Notes under the pieces: generated by a model | Told to the model about the DNA's origin: nothing | The model's input: the letters and a program-made list of their open reading frames with translations, nothing else | Databases searched by the model: none | Position numbers and translations under genes: made by a program | In this document: piece after piece, positions 35,532 to 45,647 of the stretch | How positions within the stretch are numbered: position 1 is the first letter of the stretch | How the letters are laid out: the number at the start of each line of letters is the position of its first letter | Source: Candidatus Eiseniibacteriota bacterium | GTDB lineage: Bacteria; Eisenbacteria; RBG-16-71-46 | Assembly: GCA_031370785.1 (NCBI GenBank) | Contig: JANMQY010000061.1 | Location: 1 to 64,000 of the forward strand | DNA: 64,000 bases | Reading direction: 5' to 3'

Positions 35532-38500
35532 ATGACATCAGCCCAGTGTCCCGAGGGCACCGTGACCCCGACCCGACGCGCCGCAGCGCCCACTCGCAAC
35601 ATCGAGCCGCTCCCGCTGTTGCGCGCCAAGCTCAACCGCCCGAACGTGGCGGGAGACGTACTCGAGCGCCCGCGCCTGCTTCGCGCGCTCGCGGAAAACG
35701 CCGCGCGGCCAGTCACCCTGATCATCGCCGATGCGGGCTACGGCAAGACCACGCTGGTCGCGAGCTTCGCGCGCCAGGTCGCGCGACCGGTGGTGTGGTA
35801 CTCGCTGATGCTCTCCGACGCGGACCCGGTCGTGTTCGGGCGCTATCTGCTCGAAGGATTCCGGCGCGAGATCCCACGGTTCGGTCGCGATTTCAGCCGC
35901 GTGCTCGACGAGGCGCGACCGGGGAGCCGCTCGGTCGAGATGCTGGCCGGCACTCTGGCGAACGAGCTGGCGACGCTTCGCGGCCCGACCCGGCTGCTGG
36001 TACTGGACGACTTTCAGGAAGTGTCGGGGAATCGCGCGGTGGTCGCGTTCACCGAGACGCTGCTTCGCTACCTGCCCGCCACGGTGCGCGTGGTCGTGGC
36101 TTCGCGCTCCGCGCCCCCGCTCGCACTCGAGCGCCTGCGCTCGGGCGGCGAAGTGTTCGAGCTGCATTCGAGCCACCTGCGCCTCACCCGCGAGGAGATC
36201 GAGCGTCTGTTCGCCGAGGTGTACCGGCGTCCGCTGTCCGAGACCGAGCTCACGGCACTGGAGGAAACGACGCTCGGCTGGCCGACCGCCGTCCATCTGG
36301 TGCACGAGTCCTTGCGGCGCGACCAGAGCGCGAGCCTCGAGGAGGTTCTGGCGGACGTCCGCTCCTCGAACCTCCAGATGCACGAGTACCTGTCGTCCGA
36401 GGTGTACATGCGCCTCGATCCGGACGCTCGCCGGCTTCTCGATCGCACCTCGGCGCTGCACCGCTTCGACTCCGCGCTGGCCGCGACGCTCTCCGGACTT
36501 CCTGCGGCCGAGCTGACCCTGGATGGACTGGTGCGCCGCGGTCTGGTGCGCGCCTTCGGCCACGGGGCGCAGATGTCGTACGAGTGCCACGATCTGGTGC
36601 GTCGCTTCGTGCAGCACGAGCTCGAGTCCCGCGCCGGGAGCGACAGCCTGCGCGAGCTCGAGGCCGACACCGCGGCGGCGCTCTCGGCGCGGGGCGAGCC
36701 CGAGCGTGCGCTGCGCCACTGGCTGCGGGCTGGTCGGGTCGAGGACGCGGCGGGCGTGATCCGGGATCTCGCGCCCGGGCTGCTTCGTCAGGGGCGCGCC
36801 GCTGCGCTGCGCGAATTCCTCGGCGAGCTGCCCGCCGCGAAAGTGCGCGGGGATGCGGAGCTGGCGCTGGCGCTGGCCGACGCGCGCCAGACGCTCGGCG
36901 AATGGGACGAGGCCGAGGCGCTCTATCAGGACGTGCTCGAGACCTGCCGTGCCTCCGCCCTGCGCGAGATCGAGTGCCGCGCACTGCTTGGGCTCGGCAA
37001 GGTCTTGAACCTGCGCGGACGCCACGAGCAGGTGCTGGGCATGGCCGAGCGCGGCCTCGCCATGTCGCAGAAGCTCGGGGCCGGCCTTCGGGCCCGCCTG
37101 CTGCAGATGAAGGCCGGCGCCCACTTCTATCTGGGCCAGTATCAGGCCGCGGTCGAAGTGCTCGGCCAGGTGCGCGCGCTGCTCGAGGGCACGCCCGATC
37201 CCGAGCTGCTGCTTCCGACCATCCACAATCTCGCCGGCGCCTACGCGGCGCTCGGCAAGTTCCGCGAGGCATCCGCCGAATTCCGCGTCGCGCTGGCCCA
37301 GGTCCGCGGCACTTCTTCGCCGCGCGCTCCGCTCTACCTTTCGAATCTCGCCTTCCACCTGGCGGAGCTCGGCGAGCTTGCCGACGCGAGGCGCGCGGCC
37401 GAGGAGGGACTGCTTGCGGCCCAGCGTTTCTCGAACCGCGCGCAGGAGTGCGTCTGCCATCAGGCGCTCGCCCAGGTGCTGGCGCTGAGCGGCGATCTCG
37501 ATGGGGCGCTGGGCGCGCTCAAGCGCGCCGAAGAGCTGAATGCCGAGCTGCGCATGGAGGTGATCGGGGCCGACCTCCTCCTGCTGCACGGGAGGGTGTT
37601 CCTCGCGCGCGGGCAGTACCGGCGCGCGGTCGAGTTCGTGAGCGAGGCGATCGAAGGGCTGAAGCAGCGTCCCGAGGATCCGCGTCTGGCGGAGGCGCAG
37701 GCGGTGCTGGCCTGGTGCGAGCTGCGCGCCGGACGACTCCACGTGGCGCGCAGCCTGCTCCAGTCGCTGGTGGTGCAGACCGACGCCGGTGAGAACGACT
37801 ATCTGGCGATGCGCGCCCATTACTGGCTGGGAGAAACCCTGCTCGCTCTCGGCGAGAAGCGCGGGGTCGACGCCCACCTCAAGCTGGCGCTACGGCTGGT
37901 GCGCGAACGCGGCTACCTCTACTTCCTGAAGGTGCAGGCACGCGAGGACCCCTCGGTCCCGCTGCACGCGCTGGCGCGTGGCATCGAACCCGACACCGTG
38001 GCGGGCGCGCTGGTCGAAGTGGGCGCGGATATCGAGACGCCGCTGCTTGCGATCCTGAACGACGCCGACACCGCAGCCGGTGAGACGGTGCTCGCGGTGC
38101 TGGCCGAAGTCGGCGGGCAGACCGCGCACACCGAGCTTTCGCGGCTCGCAAGAGAGCGGCGCGCGCTGCAGCCTTCGATTCGAAGCGCCCTGCGTCACAT
38201 CGAACGGCGCGGCGATCGCGGTGCCGCGGCGGCGTCCGACAGCGCGGCGCCCACCGTGCACCTCGCGCTCTACGGTCCTCCCCACCTGCGAGTCGACGGC
38301 CTGGCGCTGCCGGGGTCGGCATGGCGAACGCAGCGCGCCTTCCAGATGCTGGTCTACCTCGCGCTGAATCCGCGCGGGGTGAGCCGGGACGTGCTGATCG
38401 ACCGCTTCTGGCCAGGCAGGCAGGCGGCGGCGGGCCGGCGCAACCTGCACCCGACGCTCTCCTACGTGCGCAGCGTGCTTCCTCGCACTTCGGCGGCGCC

Positions 38501-39107
38501 CATCCTGCGCGAGGGCGAGCGCTATTTCCTGAACCCCGCCTACCCGATCACTTGCGACGCCTGGGACGTGGACCACGCGCTGGATGCGGCGCGCAACGCG
38601 CCCGATGCCGCGCGCCGCCGTGCCGCGCTCGAACGTGCGGTGCTGGTGGCCGGCGGCAGATTCCTCGACGGGCTCTACGCCGACTGGGCGGATGAGCTTC
38701 ACGTGCGTGAGCGCGATCGGATGGGAAAGCTGCTGCTCGATCTGGGCGCGCTCTCAGCTTCTGCCGGCGACTACGATGCGGCGCTCGCCCACTTCCGTCG
38801 CGCGCTGGAGTTCGACGCGTATCGCGAGGGCACGTGTCTCGCGGTCATGGAGTGCCAGATCCGGCTCGGCAATCGCAGGGCGGCGATGGTCGAATTCGAG
38901 CGCTTGAAGACGCTGCTTCGCACCGAGGTCGGCGTCGAGCCACTCCCCGAGACCGCGGAGGCGGTGCGTCAGCTGTTGAGCGGCGAAGGCGTGAACGGGT
39001 GGCCGGAGCCCGGCTCGCAACAATTGGTACAACCCACTGTGGCACAGCGCGCTAGAGCCACCGCTCAAGCCTCGCTCAAGGGCTCGGCGCGAGGATCTTC
39101 CCGATGA
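35532..39107 (+). CDS. MalT-like STAND NTPase/TPR regulator with C-terminal wHTH-BTAD
   Basis: LRAKLNRP, ADAGYGKTTL, LLVLDDFQ, TLGWP; TPR-like helices; LIDRFWP, FLDGLYADWA, VGVEPLPET; start uncertain. Confidence 0.85.
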   Translation: MTSAQCPEGTVTPTRRAAAPTRNIEPLPLLRAKLNRPNVAGDVLERPRLLRALAENAARPVTLIIADAGYGKTTLVASFARQVARPVVWYSLMLSDADPVVFGRYLLEGFRREIPRFGRDFSRVLDEARPGSRSVEMLAGTLANELATLRGPTRLLVLDDFQEVSGNRAVVAFTETLLRYLPATVRVVVASRSAPPLALERLRSGGEVFELHSSHLRLTREEIERLFAEVYRRPLSETELTALEETTLGWPTAVHLVHESLRRDQSASLEEVLADVRSSNLQMHEYLSSEVYMRLDPDARRLLDRTSALHRFDSALAATLSGLPAAELTLDGLVRRGLVRAFGHGAQMSYECHDLVRRFVQHELESRAGSDSLRELEADTAAALSARGEPERALRHWLRAGRVEDAAGVIRDLAPGLLRQGRAAALREFLGELPAAKVRGDAELALALADARQTLGEWDEAEALYQDVLETCRASALREIECRALLGLGKVLNLRGRHEQVLGMAERGLAMSQKLGAGLRARLLQMKAGAHFYLGQYQAAVEVLGQVRALLEGTPDPELLLPTIHNLAGAYAALGKFREASAEFRVALAQVRGTSSPRAPLYLSNLAFHLAELGELADARRAAEEGLLAAQRFSNRAQECVCHQALAQVLALSGDLDGALGALKRAEELNAELRMEVIGADLLLLHGRVFLARGQYRRAVEFVSEAIEGLKQRPEDPRLAEAQAVLAWCELRAGRLHVARSLLQSLVVQTDAGENDYLAMRAHYWLGETLLALGEKRGVDAHLKLALRLVRERGYLYFLKVQAREDPSVPLHALARGIEPDTVAGALVEVGADIETPLLAILNDADTAAGETVLAVLAEVGGQTAHTELSRLARERRALQPSIRSALRHIERRGDRGAAAASDSAAPTVHLALYGPPHLRVDGLALPGSAWRTQRAFQMLVYLALNPRGVSRDVLIDRFWPGRQAAAGRRNLHPTLSYVRSVLPRTSAAPILREGERYFLNPAYPITCDAWDVDHALDAARNAPDAARRRAALERAVLVAGGRFLDGLYADWADELHVRERDRMGKLLLDLGALSASAGDYDAALAHFRRALEFDAYREGTCLAVMECQIRLGNRRAAMVEFERLKTLLRTEVGVEPLPETAEAVRQLLSGEGVNGWPEPGSQQLVQPTVAQRARATAQASLKGSARGSSR

Positions 39108-41662
39108 AGCGAGCCCTCCAGGCTGCTGGCGAATCGAAGCGCACTCGTTGCGCCCGGCGTACGCGCGTCTTCCTGGCGCTGTCGATCGCCGCGTGCGCGC
39201 TCGTGCCTTCGCTCGCTCTCGGCGCGCCGTTCATCTGGGACCAGGACGACGACGCGATCGACGATCGGATCGAGACCGTCAACGTTCTCGGCTTCTCCTT
39301 CTCGTTCGAGGGCGCCGACACGCTCGCGCCTCAGCGATTCGAAGTCGTGCGTCAGGCCGGCGGCCTCTATTTCGGCGCCTACGTCGTTTTCGACCACACG
39401 CCCACCGACTCGGATCTCCTGCTGCTGACCTCGCTCGGCATGCCGGTGCTGCACCGCTACGAGAATGTGCCGGCGGTGCGCACCCGTGCGACCTACGTCC
39501 AGATCGAGGCCGCGGCCGGACTGAGCGGCGTCGAGCGCATCGAAGCGGTGCCCATGCTCTACCCGCAGGTTCACGACGGGCTGGCCGGAATCGGCGCGCG
39601 CGATCCTGCCGAACACGTGTTTCCGACCTGGGCAGGGAGCGGCGGCGCCGATGGAACCGGCGTGGTGGTCGCCTTCCTCGACACCGGCATCAACGACGCC
39701 CCGGACGGCGCCTATCCCGGGCACGAATCGCTCATCGGCCGATCCCTCGGCGGAGCCGAGTTCGTGCATGACGATTCGCTGGTCGACACGCCGAAGGAGG
39801 GCAGTGAGAACCCCGAGGATCGCGGCGGAACCGCCACGCACTCGCATGGGACGCACGTCGCGGGAATCACGCTCGGCTCGGGCGGCGCGAGCGGATACGC
39901 GATCGGTGTCGCGCCCGGCGCGCGATACGTCGACGTCAAGGTGCTGAACGATACGGGAACCGGCACCGAGGTCGGCGAGGGCATCGACTGGTGCATCCAC
40001 AATCGCGCGCGCAACTGGGGCGTCCCGGGCTACGCCGGCATCCAGGTGATCAATCTCTCGCTCTCGAGCATCGATCGGACCGATGGGAACGACGTGGTCT
40101 CGCGTCTGGCCGACCGCGCCGCCGAGCTCGGGATCGTGGTCGTGGCATCGGTCGGGAATGGCGGGCACGATCATTTCATCCCTTCGCCGGCGGGCTCGAG
40201 CCGCACGCTCGCGGTCGGCGCGATCGACGTGCAGCACTCAGGTCCGATCGGCGATGACACCTGGGCCTCGTTCGACAACTACGGTCCGCGAGCCGACGAC
40301 GGCGACCTGGACCCCAGCGACGAGCAGAAGCCCGACCTGCTCGCGCCGGGAGTGGCGGTGCTCTCCGCCGACGGCTCGTTGGTCAGCAACGGCGCCCAGT
40401 ATCAGCGGCTGAACGGAACCAGCATGGCGGCCGCGTTCGTGAGCGGCGCGGTCGCGGCGCTCCGTTCCGCCTATCCCTCGCTCACTCCCGCTGAAATCGG
40501 CGATCTGCTGCGCAGGACCGCGCGCCGCGATCTGGCGGGCGCACCCGCGGGCACGACCGGCCCCGATCCACGCTGGCGATCGTCGATCGGATTCGGCGTG
40601 ATCGATCTCTACGCCGCGCGGATCGAGATGGAACAGCCTCTGCGCTCGCAGCCGGTCCAGCTCGAGCTGAGCGCATCCGCGACCGCGATCTCGGCGGTGC
40701 TGCGCATGCAGCGCGAGCGTGGCGCGGCGGCGTTCGTGTTCGAGCGCGCGCCGGATGTGGGCGGCGCGCCCGGCGCCTTTGCGGGCTACGACTCGGTCGC
40801 GGCGGCCGGCGACTCCTCGCTCGCGGATGCGACCGATCGAGCCACGTATCCGCGCAGCTGGATCGTGCCGGTCGGAGAACGCGGCACGGCGTTCTGGTAT
40901 CGGGTTTCATTCACGGAAGGCGGGGCGCGCTACGACTCGCCCGAGCTGCGCTTCGTGAGCCCGATCGGGCCGCCCGCGGCCACCCTTGAATTCACCGTCG
41001 TGCACGACGCCTACGACCACGACATCGCCGGGCTCATCTCAACGACCGGCCCCGGAGGCTCCTACTGCACGACGCTGCCGGGCACGCGCGCCGCGTACTC
41101 GAGCGAGTGGGTGACCGGCGAGAGCACGACGGGGACGGTCCAATGGACCTTCCACCTCGATGTTCCGCAGGGAGTCGCCGATCGTCCGAGCTCATCCCAG
41201 CCCTGGTGGCTGCGCGTCGACGAGGCCGGCTACGTCAATCGCGTGGGGCGGGTCACCGGGTACAGACTCATCTGGCACGGCGCGGGCGGCGATGAGATCT
41301 ACGAGGGCGGCCCGGTGCCGATGCCCACGATCGAGGGACAGTCGGTGTTCGCCTCGATCCCCTACGCGACCACCGGCGTCGGTGGCCCCACGCCGTCGGC
41401 GGGGCCGCTACGCTTCGGGCCCAATCCGGTCGTCGCGGGCTCGACCGTGTCGTTCGCGGTATCAGTGCCGACGGATCGCACGCTCGACGTATTCGATCTG
41501 AGCGGGCGTCGCGTCGCCCGCGCGCCGTTCACGCCGGGAAGCAGCGGGGCCATCGCACGATGGTCGACGCGAAATGCCTCGGGACAGCCGCTCGCTCCGG
41601 GGATCTACCTGGCGAGAGTGGGCAGGAGTGAAGTGGTGCGGGTCGCGGTCATTCGTCCCTGA
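39104..41662 (+). CDS. Secreted S8 subtilase with C-terminal FlgD/T9SS-like sorting domain
   Basis: FLDTGI, HGTHVAG, NGTSMAA triad; C-terminal GPNPV...VFDLSGRRV...PGIYLARV; ATGA overlap with the regulator. Confidence 0.88.
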   Translation: MKRALQAAGESKRTRCARRTRVFLALSIAACALVPSLALGAPFIWDQDDDAIDDRIETVNVLGFSFSFEGADTLAPQRFEVVRQAGGLYFGAYVVFDHTPTDSDLLLLTSLGMPVLHRYENVPAVRTRATYVQIEAAAGLSGVERIEAVPMLYPQVHDGLAGIGARDPAEHVFPTWAGSGGADGTGVVVAFLDTGINDAPDGAYPGHESLIGRSLGGAEFVHDDSLVDTPKEGSENPEDRGGTATHSHGTHVAGITLGSGGASGYAIGVAPGARYVDVKVLNDTGTGTEVGEGIDWCIHNRARNWGVPGYAGIQVINLSLSSIDRTDGNDVVSRLADRAAELGIVVVASVGNGGHDHFIPSPAGSSRTLAVGAIDVQHSGPIGDDTWASFDNYGPRADDGDLDPSDEQKPDLLAPGVAVLSADGSLVSNGAQYQRLNGTSMAAAFVSGAVAALRSAYPSLTPAEIGDLLRRTARRDLAGAPAGTTGPDPRWRSSIGFGVIDLYAARIEMEQPLRSQPVQLELSASATAISAVLRMQRERGAAAFVFERAPDVGGAPGAFAGYDSVAAAGDSSLADATDRATYPRSWIVPVGERGTAFWYRVSFTEGGARYDSPELRFVSPIGPPAATLEFTVVHDAYDHDIAGLISTTGPGGSYCTTLPGTRAAYSSEWVTGESTTGTVQWTFHLDVPQGVADRPSSSQPWWLRVDEAGYVNRVGRVTGYRLIWHGAGGDEIYEGGPVPMPTIEGQSVFASIPYATTGVGGPTPSAGPLRFGPNPVVAGSTVSFAVSVPTDRTLDVFDLSGRRVARAPFTPGSSGAIARWSTRNASGQPLAPGIYLARVGRSEVVRVAVIRP

Positions 41663-41960
41663 GCGACAAAGCCGCGGCAAGACGAACGAAGAAGATCGTG
41701 CGACATCGGGCGGAGATGGGATCTGATCCCGGTGTGATTCACACGGGGGTTGGAGCCTGGAATCCCGCTCCGCTCCGATCGTCGCACGGTCGATGAGGCC
41801 GCAGGCTCCCGTGCGGCCGTTTTGATGATGCGGCCGAAGGGCGGCGACCGTAAGGCCTCACGTGGCCGCACCGCCGCCTCGCCCCGGGATTGACCCCTCG
41901 CAGTCCCCCGACGATACTTCCCGCTCCTGCACGCAAACCGCCGCTCCCCGGAGGAAACCC

Positions 41961-43775
41961 ATGCGCCGCATCGCAGTGTTGATTGCGCTCGCACTTTTCG
42001 CCGCGTCGCACGGTCCGGGGGTCTCGAGTGGCGCCGGTGCGGCGGACCTCCAACCTCACCCGACATACGAGGCGCTCCTCGTACCGATGCACGAGCCGGG
42101 CATCTTCGGCGGGCGGTTCGTCATTGCCTCGGCGAACGACGCCAGAACCTTCAATCCGATCCTCACGAGCGAGACCAACTCGAGCGACGTCACCGACCGA
42201 CTCTTCACCGCGCTCGCCGAGTTCAACAATTCGACGCAGAAGTACGTTCCGGCACTGGCCAGCAGATGGGACGCGAGCGCCGATGGGCTGGAGTGGGTCT
42301 GGCACCTGCGCCGTGGGGCGCGTTTCTCCGACGGGCATCCGATCACTTCGGCTGATGTCGTATTCAGCTTCAACGTGGCGAACGACACCACGCTCCACTC
42401 GCCGGTCCACGATGCGCTGCTGGTGCATGGCGAACCGATCCAGGTCACGGCGCGCGGCCCCCATACGGTGGTGACGCGGATCTCGCGGCGGTACGCCCTG
42501 ATGGTCCCGACGGTGGCGTCGCTACGCATTCTCCCACGGCACGTGCTCGAGCCGGCGTGGCGGGCGGGGCGCTTCGCGGCTTCGTACTCCGTGACCACGC
42601 CGCCCGAGAGCCTGGTGACCAGCGGCGCGTGGACGCTGCGCGAGTTCGTGCCGCACGAGAAGACGGTGCTCGCCCGCAATCCCCGCTGGTACGGCGTGGA
42701 CATGTTCGGGCGGCGACTGCCTTATCTGGACCAGCTCATCTTCCTGATCGTGCGCGATCAGAACACGGCCGCGCTCAAGTTCCAGTCGAACGACGGCGAG
42801 CTGGACGCGCTCGACAACGTGAAGGCCGAAGACTACGCCGAGTACGCGAAGAACCAGGCCAAAGGCCACTACACGCTCTACGATCTTGGGCCCACTCTGA
42901 CCAGCAACTTCTTCTGGTTCAACCTGAACACCGTGAAAACCCCCACGGGCGGAAGGCAAGTCGGACAGCCGTACGTCGAGGAGGCGACCTACTCCTGGTT
43001 CTCGAATCGCGACTTCCGCCGCGCGGTCTCGATGGCCATCGACCGCGATGCGATGATCCGCAGCGTGTTCTTCGGCGACGGGGTCAAGAGCTGGTCGGTG
43101 ATCACTCCCGGCAACCGCCTCTTCTACAATCCCAACGCGCCTGCTTTCGACTGCAGCCCTGAAGAGGCGAAACGGCTGCTGGCCAGCATCGGATTCGAGG
43201 ACCGGGATCACGACGGGGTGATCGAGGATGCAAGAGGCAACCCGGTGCGATTCACGCTCAAGACCAACTCCAACAGCAACACGCGCGTTCAGATGGCGAA
43301 CTTCGTTCGCGACGACCTGGCCCGGGTTGGAATCCAGTGCACGCTGGTGCCGGTCGAGTTCAACACCATGATCGGAAACATCCAGAACGACTTCGACTAC
43401 GAAGCCGCGCTCGGCGGGCTCGGAAGCACGATCCCGCCGGATCCGGGGCTGGGAGCGAATTTCTATCTCTCGCGCGGCTCGACCCACTTCTGGAACGCCC
43501 GCCAGCGCCACCCTGAGACCCCGGCCGAGGCGAGCCTGGACAGCCTGTTCGACGCGATCGTGTCCACCGTCGACCTGAAGGCGCGCAAGCGGATCTCGGC
43601 CGAGATGGAGAACGTCATCGGCGAGCAGGGCTGGGTGGTCTGGCTGCCGGTGCTCAAGCTCAAGGTGCCGGTGCGGAACCGGTTCGGCAATGTCGAGCCC
43701 AGCACCATCCGCCACCGCATCCTGTGGAACATCGAAACCGTGTTCGTGAGACCCGCCGCAAAGCCAAAACAATAG
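41961..43775 (+). CDS. ABC transporter substrate-binding protein, family 5 (peptide/nickel)
   Basis: RTFNPI, PALASRW, LRRGARFSDGHPITSADVVFS, LARNPRW, FRRAVSMAIDR. Confidence 0.9.
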   Translation: MRRIAVLIALALFAASHGPGVSSGAGAADLQPHPTYEALLVPMHEPGIFGGRFVIASANDARTFNPILTSETNSSDVTDRLFTALAEFNNSTQKYVPALASRWDASADGLEWVWHLRRGARFSDGHPITSADVVFSFNVANDTTLHSPVHDALLVHGEPIQVTARGPHTVVTRISRRYALMVPTVASLRILPRHVLEPAWRAGRFAASYSVTTPPESLVTSGAWTLREFVPHEKTVLARNPRWYGVDMFGRRLPYLDQLIFLIVRDQNTAALKFQSNDGELDALDNVKAEDYAEYAKNQAKGHYTLYDLGPTLTSNFFWFNLNTVKTPTGGRQVGQPYVEEATYSWFSNRDFRRAVSMAIDRDAMIRSVFFGDGVKSWSVITPGNRLFYNPNAPAFDCSPEEAKRLLASIGFEDRDHDGVIEDARGNPVRFTLKTNSNSNTRVQMANFVRDDLARVGIQCTLVPVEFNTMIGNIQNDFDYEAALGGLGSTIPPDPGLGANFYLSRGSTHFWNARQRHPETPAEASLDSLFDAIVSTVDLKARKRISAEMENVIGEQGWVVWLPVLKLKVPVRNRFGNVEPSTIRHRILWNIETVFVRPAAKPKQ

Positions 43776-43848
43776 GCCGGTCACGCTGCGTTCGCCTCGT
43801 GCGTAAGGGCAGGAGACGCTGCTCGTTGCGAACCCTTGGTCTCAGGTC

Positions 43849-44649
43849 ATGCCCGATCCGATGAAGAGCGCACCACCCACGAAAACAGAGGACAGTGCCC
43901 GTGTCGTGCGGAAGCACCACATGCTGGTGCGGCTGTCGCACTGGACCCATGTCCCACTGCTCTTCGGGCTGATCGCGAGCGGCCTTGCGATCTACTGGGC
44001 CGCGCCGGTTTTCGAGCATGCGCCCGACCCGGTGACACACAATCGCGACTACCTCAAGGATGCGGGAGTGGTGATCGCACGCGGGCTGGAGGACGACAGG
44101 GGCGATCCGGGCAACTGGATCTACGATCACCTGAGCCTCGGCAGGTACCAGCTCGCGCCCGCGCTGCGCCTGCACTGGGCGCTCGCCTACCTTTTCATGG
44201 TGAACGGCGTGCTCTACGCGATCGGGCTGGCCGCGGGCGGCGGATGGCGGGCGCTCCTGCCGCGCCGCTCGGACGCGCGCGAGGCACTCCCCATGCTGCG
44301 GTTCTATCTCGGCGTGGTGCCGATGGCGCTGCTCCGGCGCCCGTGGCCCCACCCCGAAGTGCGCTCCAGGTACAACGCGCTGCAACGCGCGGCGTACTTC
44401 TCGATGCCGCTGTTCGGCGCGCTGATGGTGCTTTCCGGGTGGGCGATGCACAAGCCGGTGCAGCTCGGCTGGCTCGAGCGAGCGTTCGTGAACTACGAGG
44501 GCGCACGCGTCGTCCATTTCGTGAGCATGCTGGTGATGGCGTCGTTCGTGGTCCCGCACGTTCTGCTGGTCATCGCCGACGGCTGGGACACGTTCCGCTC
44601 GATGGTGGTCGGCTGGTCGGCCCGCGGGAAGGACGGCGCTCATGAATGA
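43849..44649 (+). CDS. Cytochrome b/b6-domain membrane protein (Ni-hydrogenase cyt b-like)
   Basis: HHMLVRLSHW, LHWALAYLF, RYNALQRAAY, ARVVHF, VPHV. Confidence 0.85.
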   Translation: MPDPMKSAPPTKTEDSARVVRKHHMLVRLSHWTHVPLLFGLIASGLAIYWAAPVFEHAPDPVTHNRDYLKDAGVVIARGLEDDRGDPGNWIYDHLSLGRYQLAPALRLHWALAYLFMVNGVLYAIGLAAGGGWRALLPRRSDAREALPMLRFYLGVVPMALLRRPWPHPEVRSRYNALQRAAYFSMPLFGALMVLSGWAMHKPVQLGWLERAFVNYEGARVVHFVSMLVMASFVVPHVLLVIADGWDTFRSMVVGWSARGKDGAHE

Positions 44650-45637
44650 CCACGGGCACGAGCCGCCGCTCCCGCCGCCTTCCGACGCTCCCGCGGAACA
44701 GTCGCCCACCGCGCGGGAGCCATCGACGGAACTCACCGCCCCCACCGCCGCGCCGGCGAGGCCGCATCGTCCGCGGCTCGTCGATGCGCTGGCCGAGCGC
44801 CCGGAGATCATCGAGATCCCGCGGCGAAAGCTCGCCGCACAGACGCGCCGCGATTTTCTGGTGTTCGCAGCGGGAGTGCTCGCCACCGGCGCGGGCGCGT
44901 GGTGGCTCCTCCCCGACCGCACCAGGGCGCGACTCTTCCCGGGAAGCGAGCGCGATCGTCTCGACACCCTCGCGGCGCGCATCGGCCTCACGCGGGAGCG
45001 TCGCGAGCGCGTGCTCAATGGCGCGCTCACCTTCGATGACGACATCGCCGAGGCGCTCTATTCCAGGGATCGGCGGGTGCGCACCTATCCACGCTCGGCG
45101 GTGACGCCGCTGCGCAACAACTACAACGGACGCACCCCGGGTCCCGAATACCTCGCGACCTGGGCGCTGCAGGTCTCGGGCCTCGCATCGGGCCGGACCG
45201 AGCGGCTCACCGCCGATCGATTCGAGACCGGCTTCACGCTCCGCGACCAGGTCACGCGCCTGGTCTGCGTCGAGGGCTGGAGCGCGGTGGCGTGGTGGAA
45301 TGGCATCCGCTTCGCCGACTTCCTCGCCGCTTTTCCGCCGGCGCCGGGCGCGCGCTGGGCGGCGCTGCGCTCCTCGGTGAATCTCGATCCCGCAGGGAGA
45401 CCGGATCCCTACTACGTCTCGATCGATCTCGAGACCGCGCGCCATCCGCAGACGCTGCTCGCGACCCGGCTCGAAGGCAGGCCGCTTACCGTCGAGCACG
45501 GCGCGCCGCTGCGGCTGCTGGCGCCGATGAAGCTCGGTCTCAAGAACATCAAGGCCATCACCGAGATCGCCTACACCGCAAACGAACCGCCCGACTACTG
45601 GAACGAGCGCGGCTACTCGAAGTACGACGGACTGTGA
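44642..45637 (+). CDS. Molybdopterin-dependent oxidoreductase (sulfite oxidase/MsrP-like)
   Basis: TRRDFL Tat-like motif, LVCVEGWSA, HPQTLLA, HGAPLRL, KLGLKNIKAI. Confidence 0.88.
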   Translation: MNDHGHEPPLPPPSDAPAEQSPTAREPSTELTAPTAAPARPHRPRLVDALAERPEIIEIPRRKLAAQTRRDFLVFAAGVLATGAGAWWLLPDRTRARLFPGSERDRLDTLAARIGLTRERRERVLNGALTFDDDIAEALYSRDRRVRTYPRSAVTPLRNNYNGRTPGPEYLATWALQVSGLASGRTERLTADRFETGFTLRDQVTRLVCVEGWSAVAWWNGIRFADFLAAFPPAPGARWAALRSSVNLDPAGRPDPYYVSIDLETARHPQTLLATRLEGRPLTVEHGAPLRLLAPMKLGLKNIKAITEIAYTANEPPDYWNERGYSKYDGL

Positions 45638-45647
45638 GCGCCGCCGC

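Noticed and set aside
41663..41960. GC-rich leader with hairpins before the ABC solute-binding gene, considered as a riboswitch
   Set aside because: No recognisable aptamer consensus by eye; needs an Rfam scan
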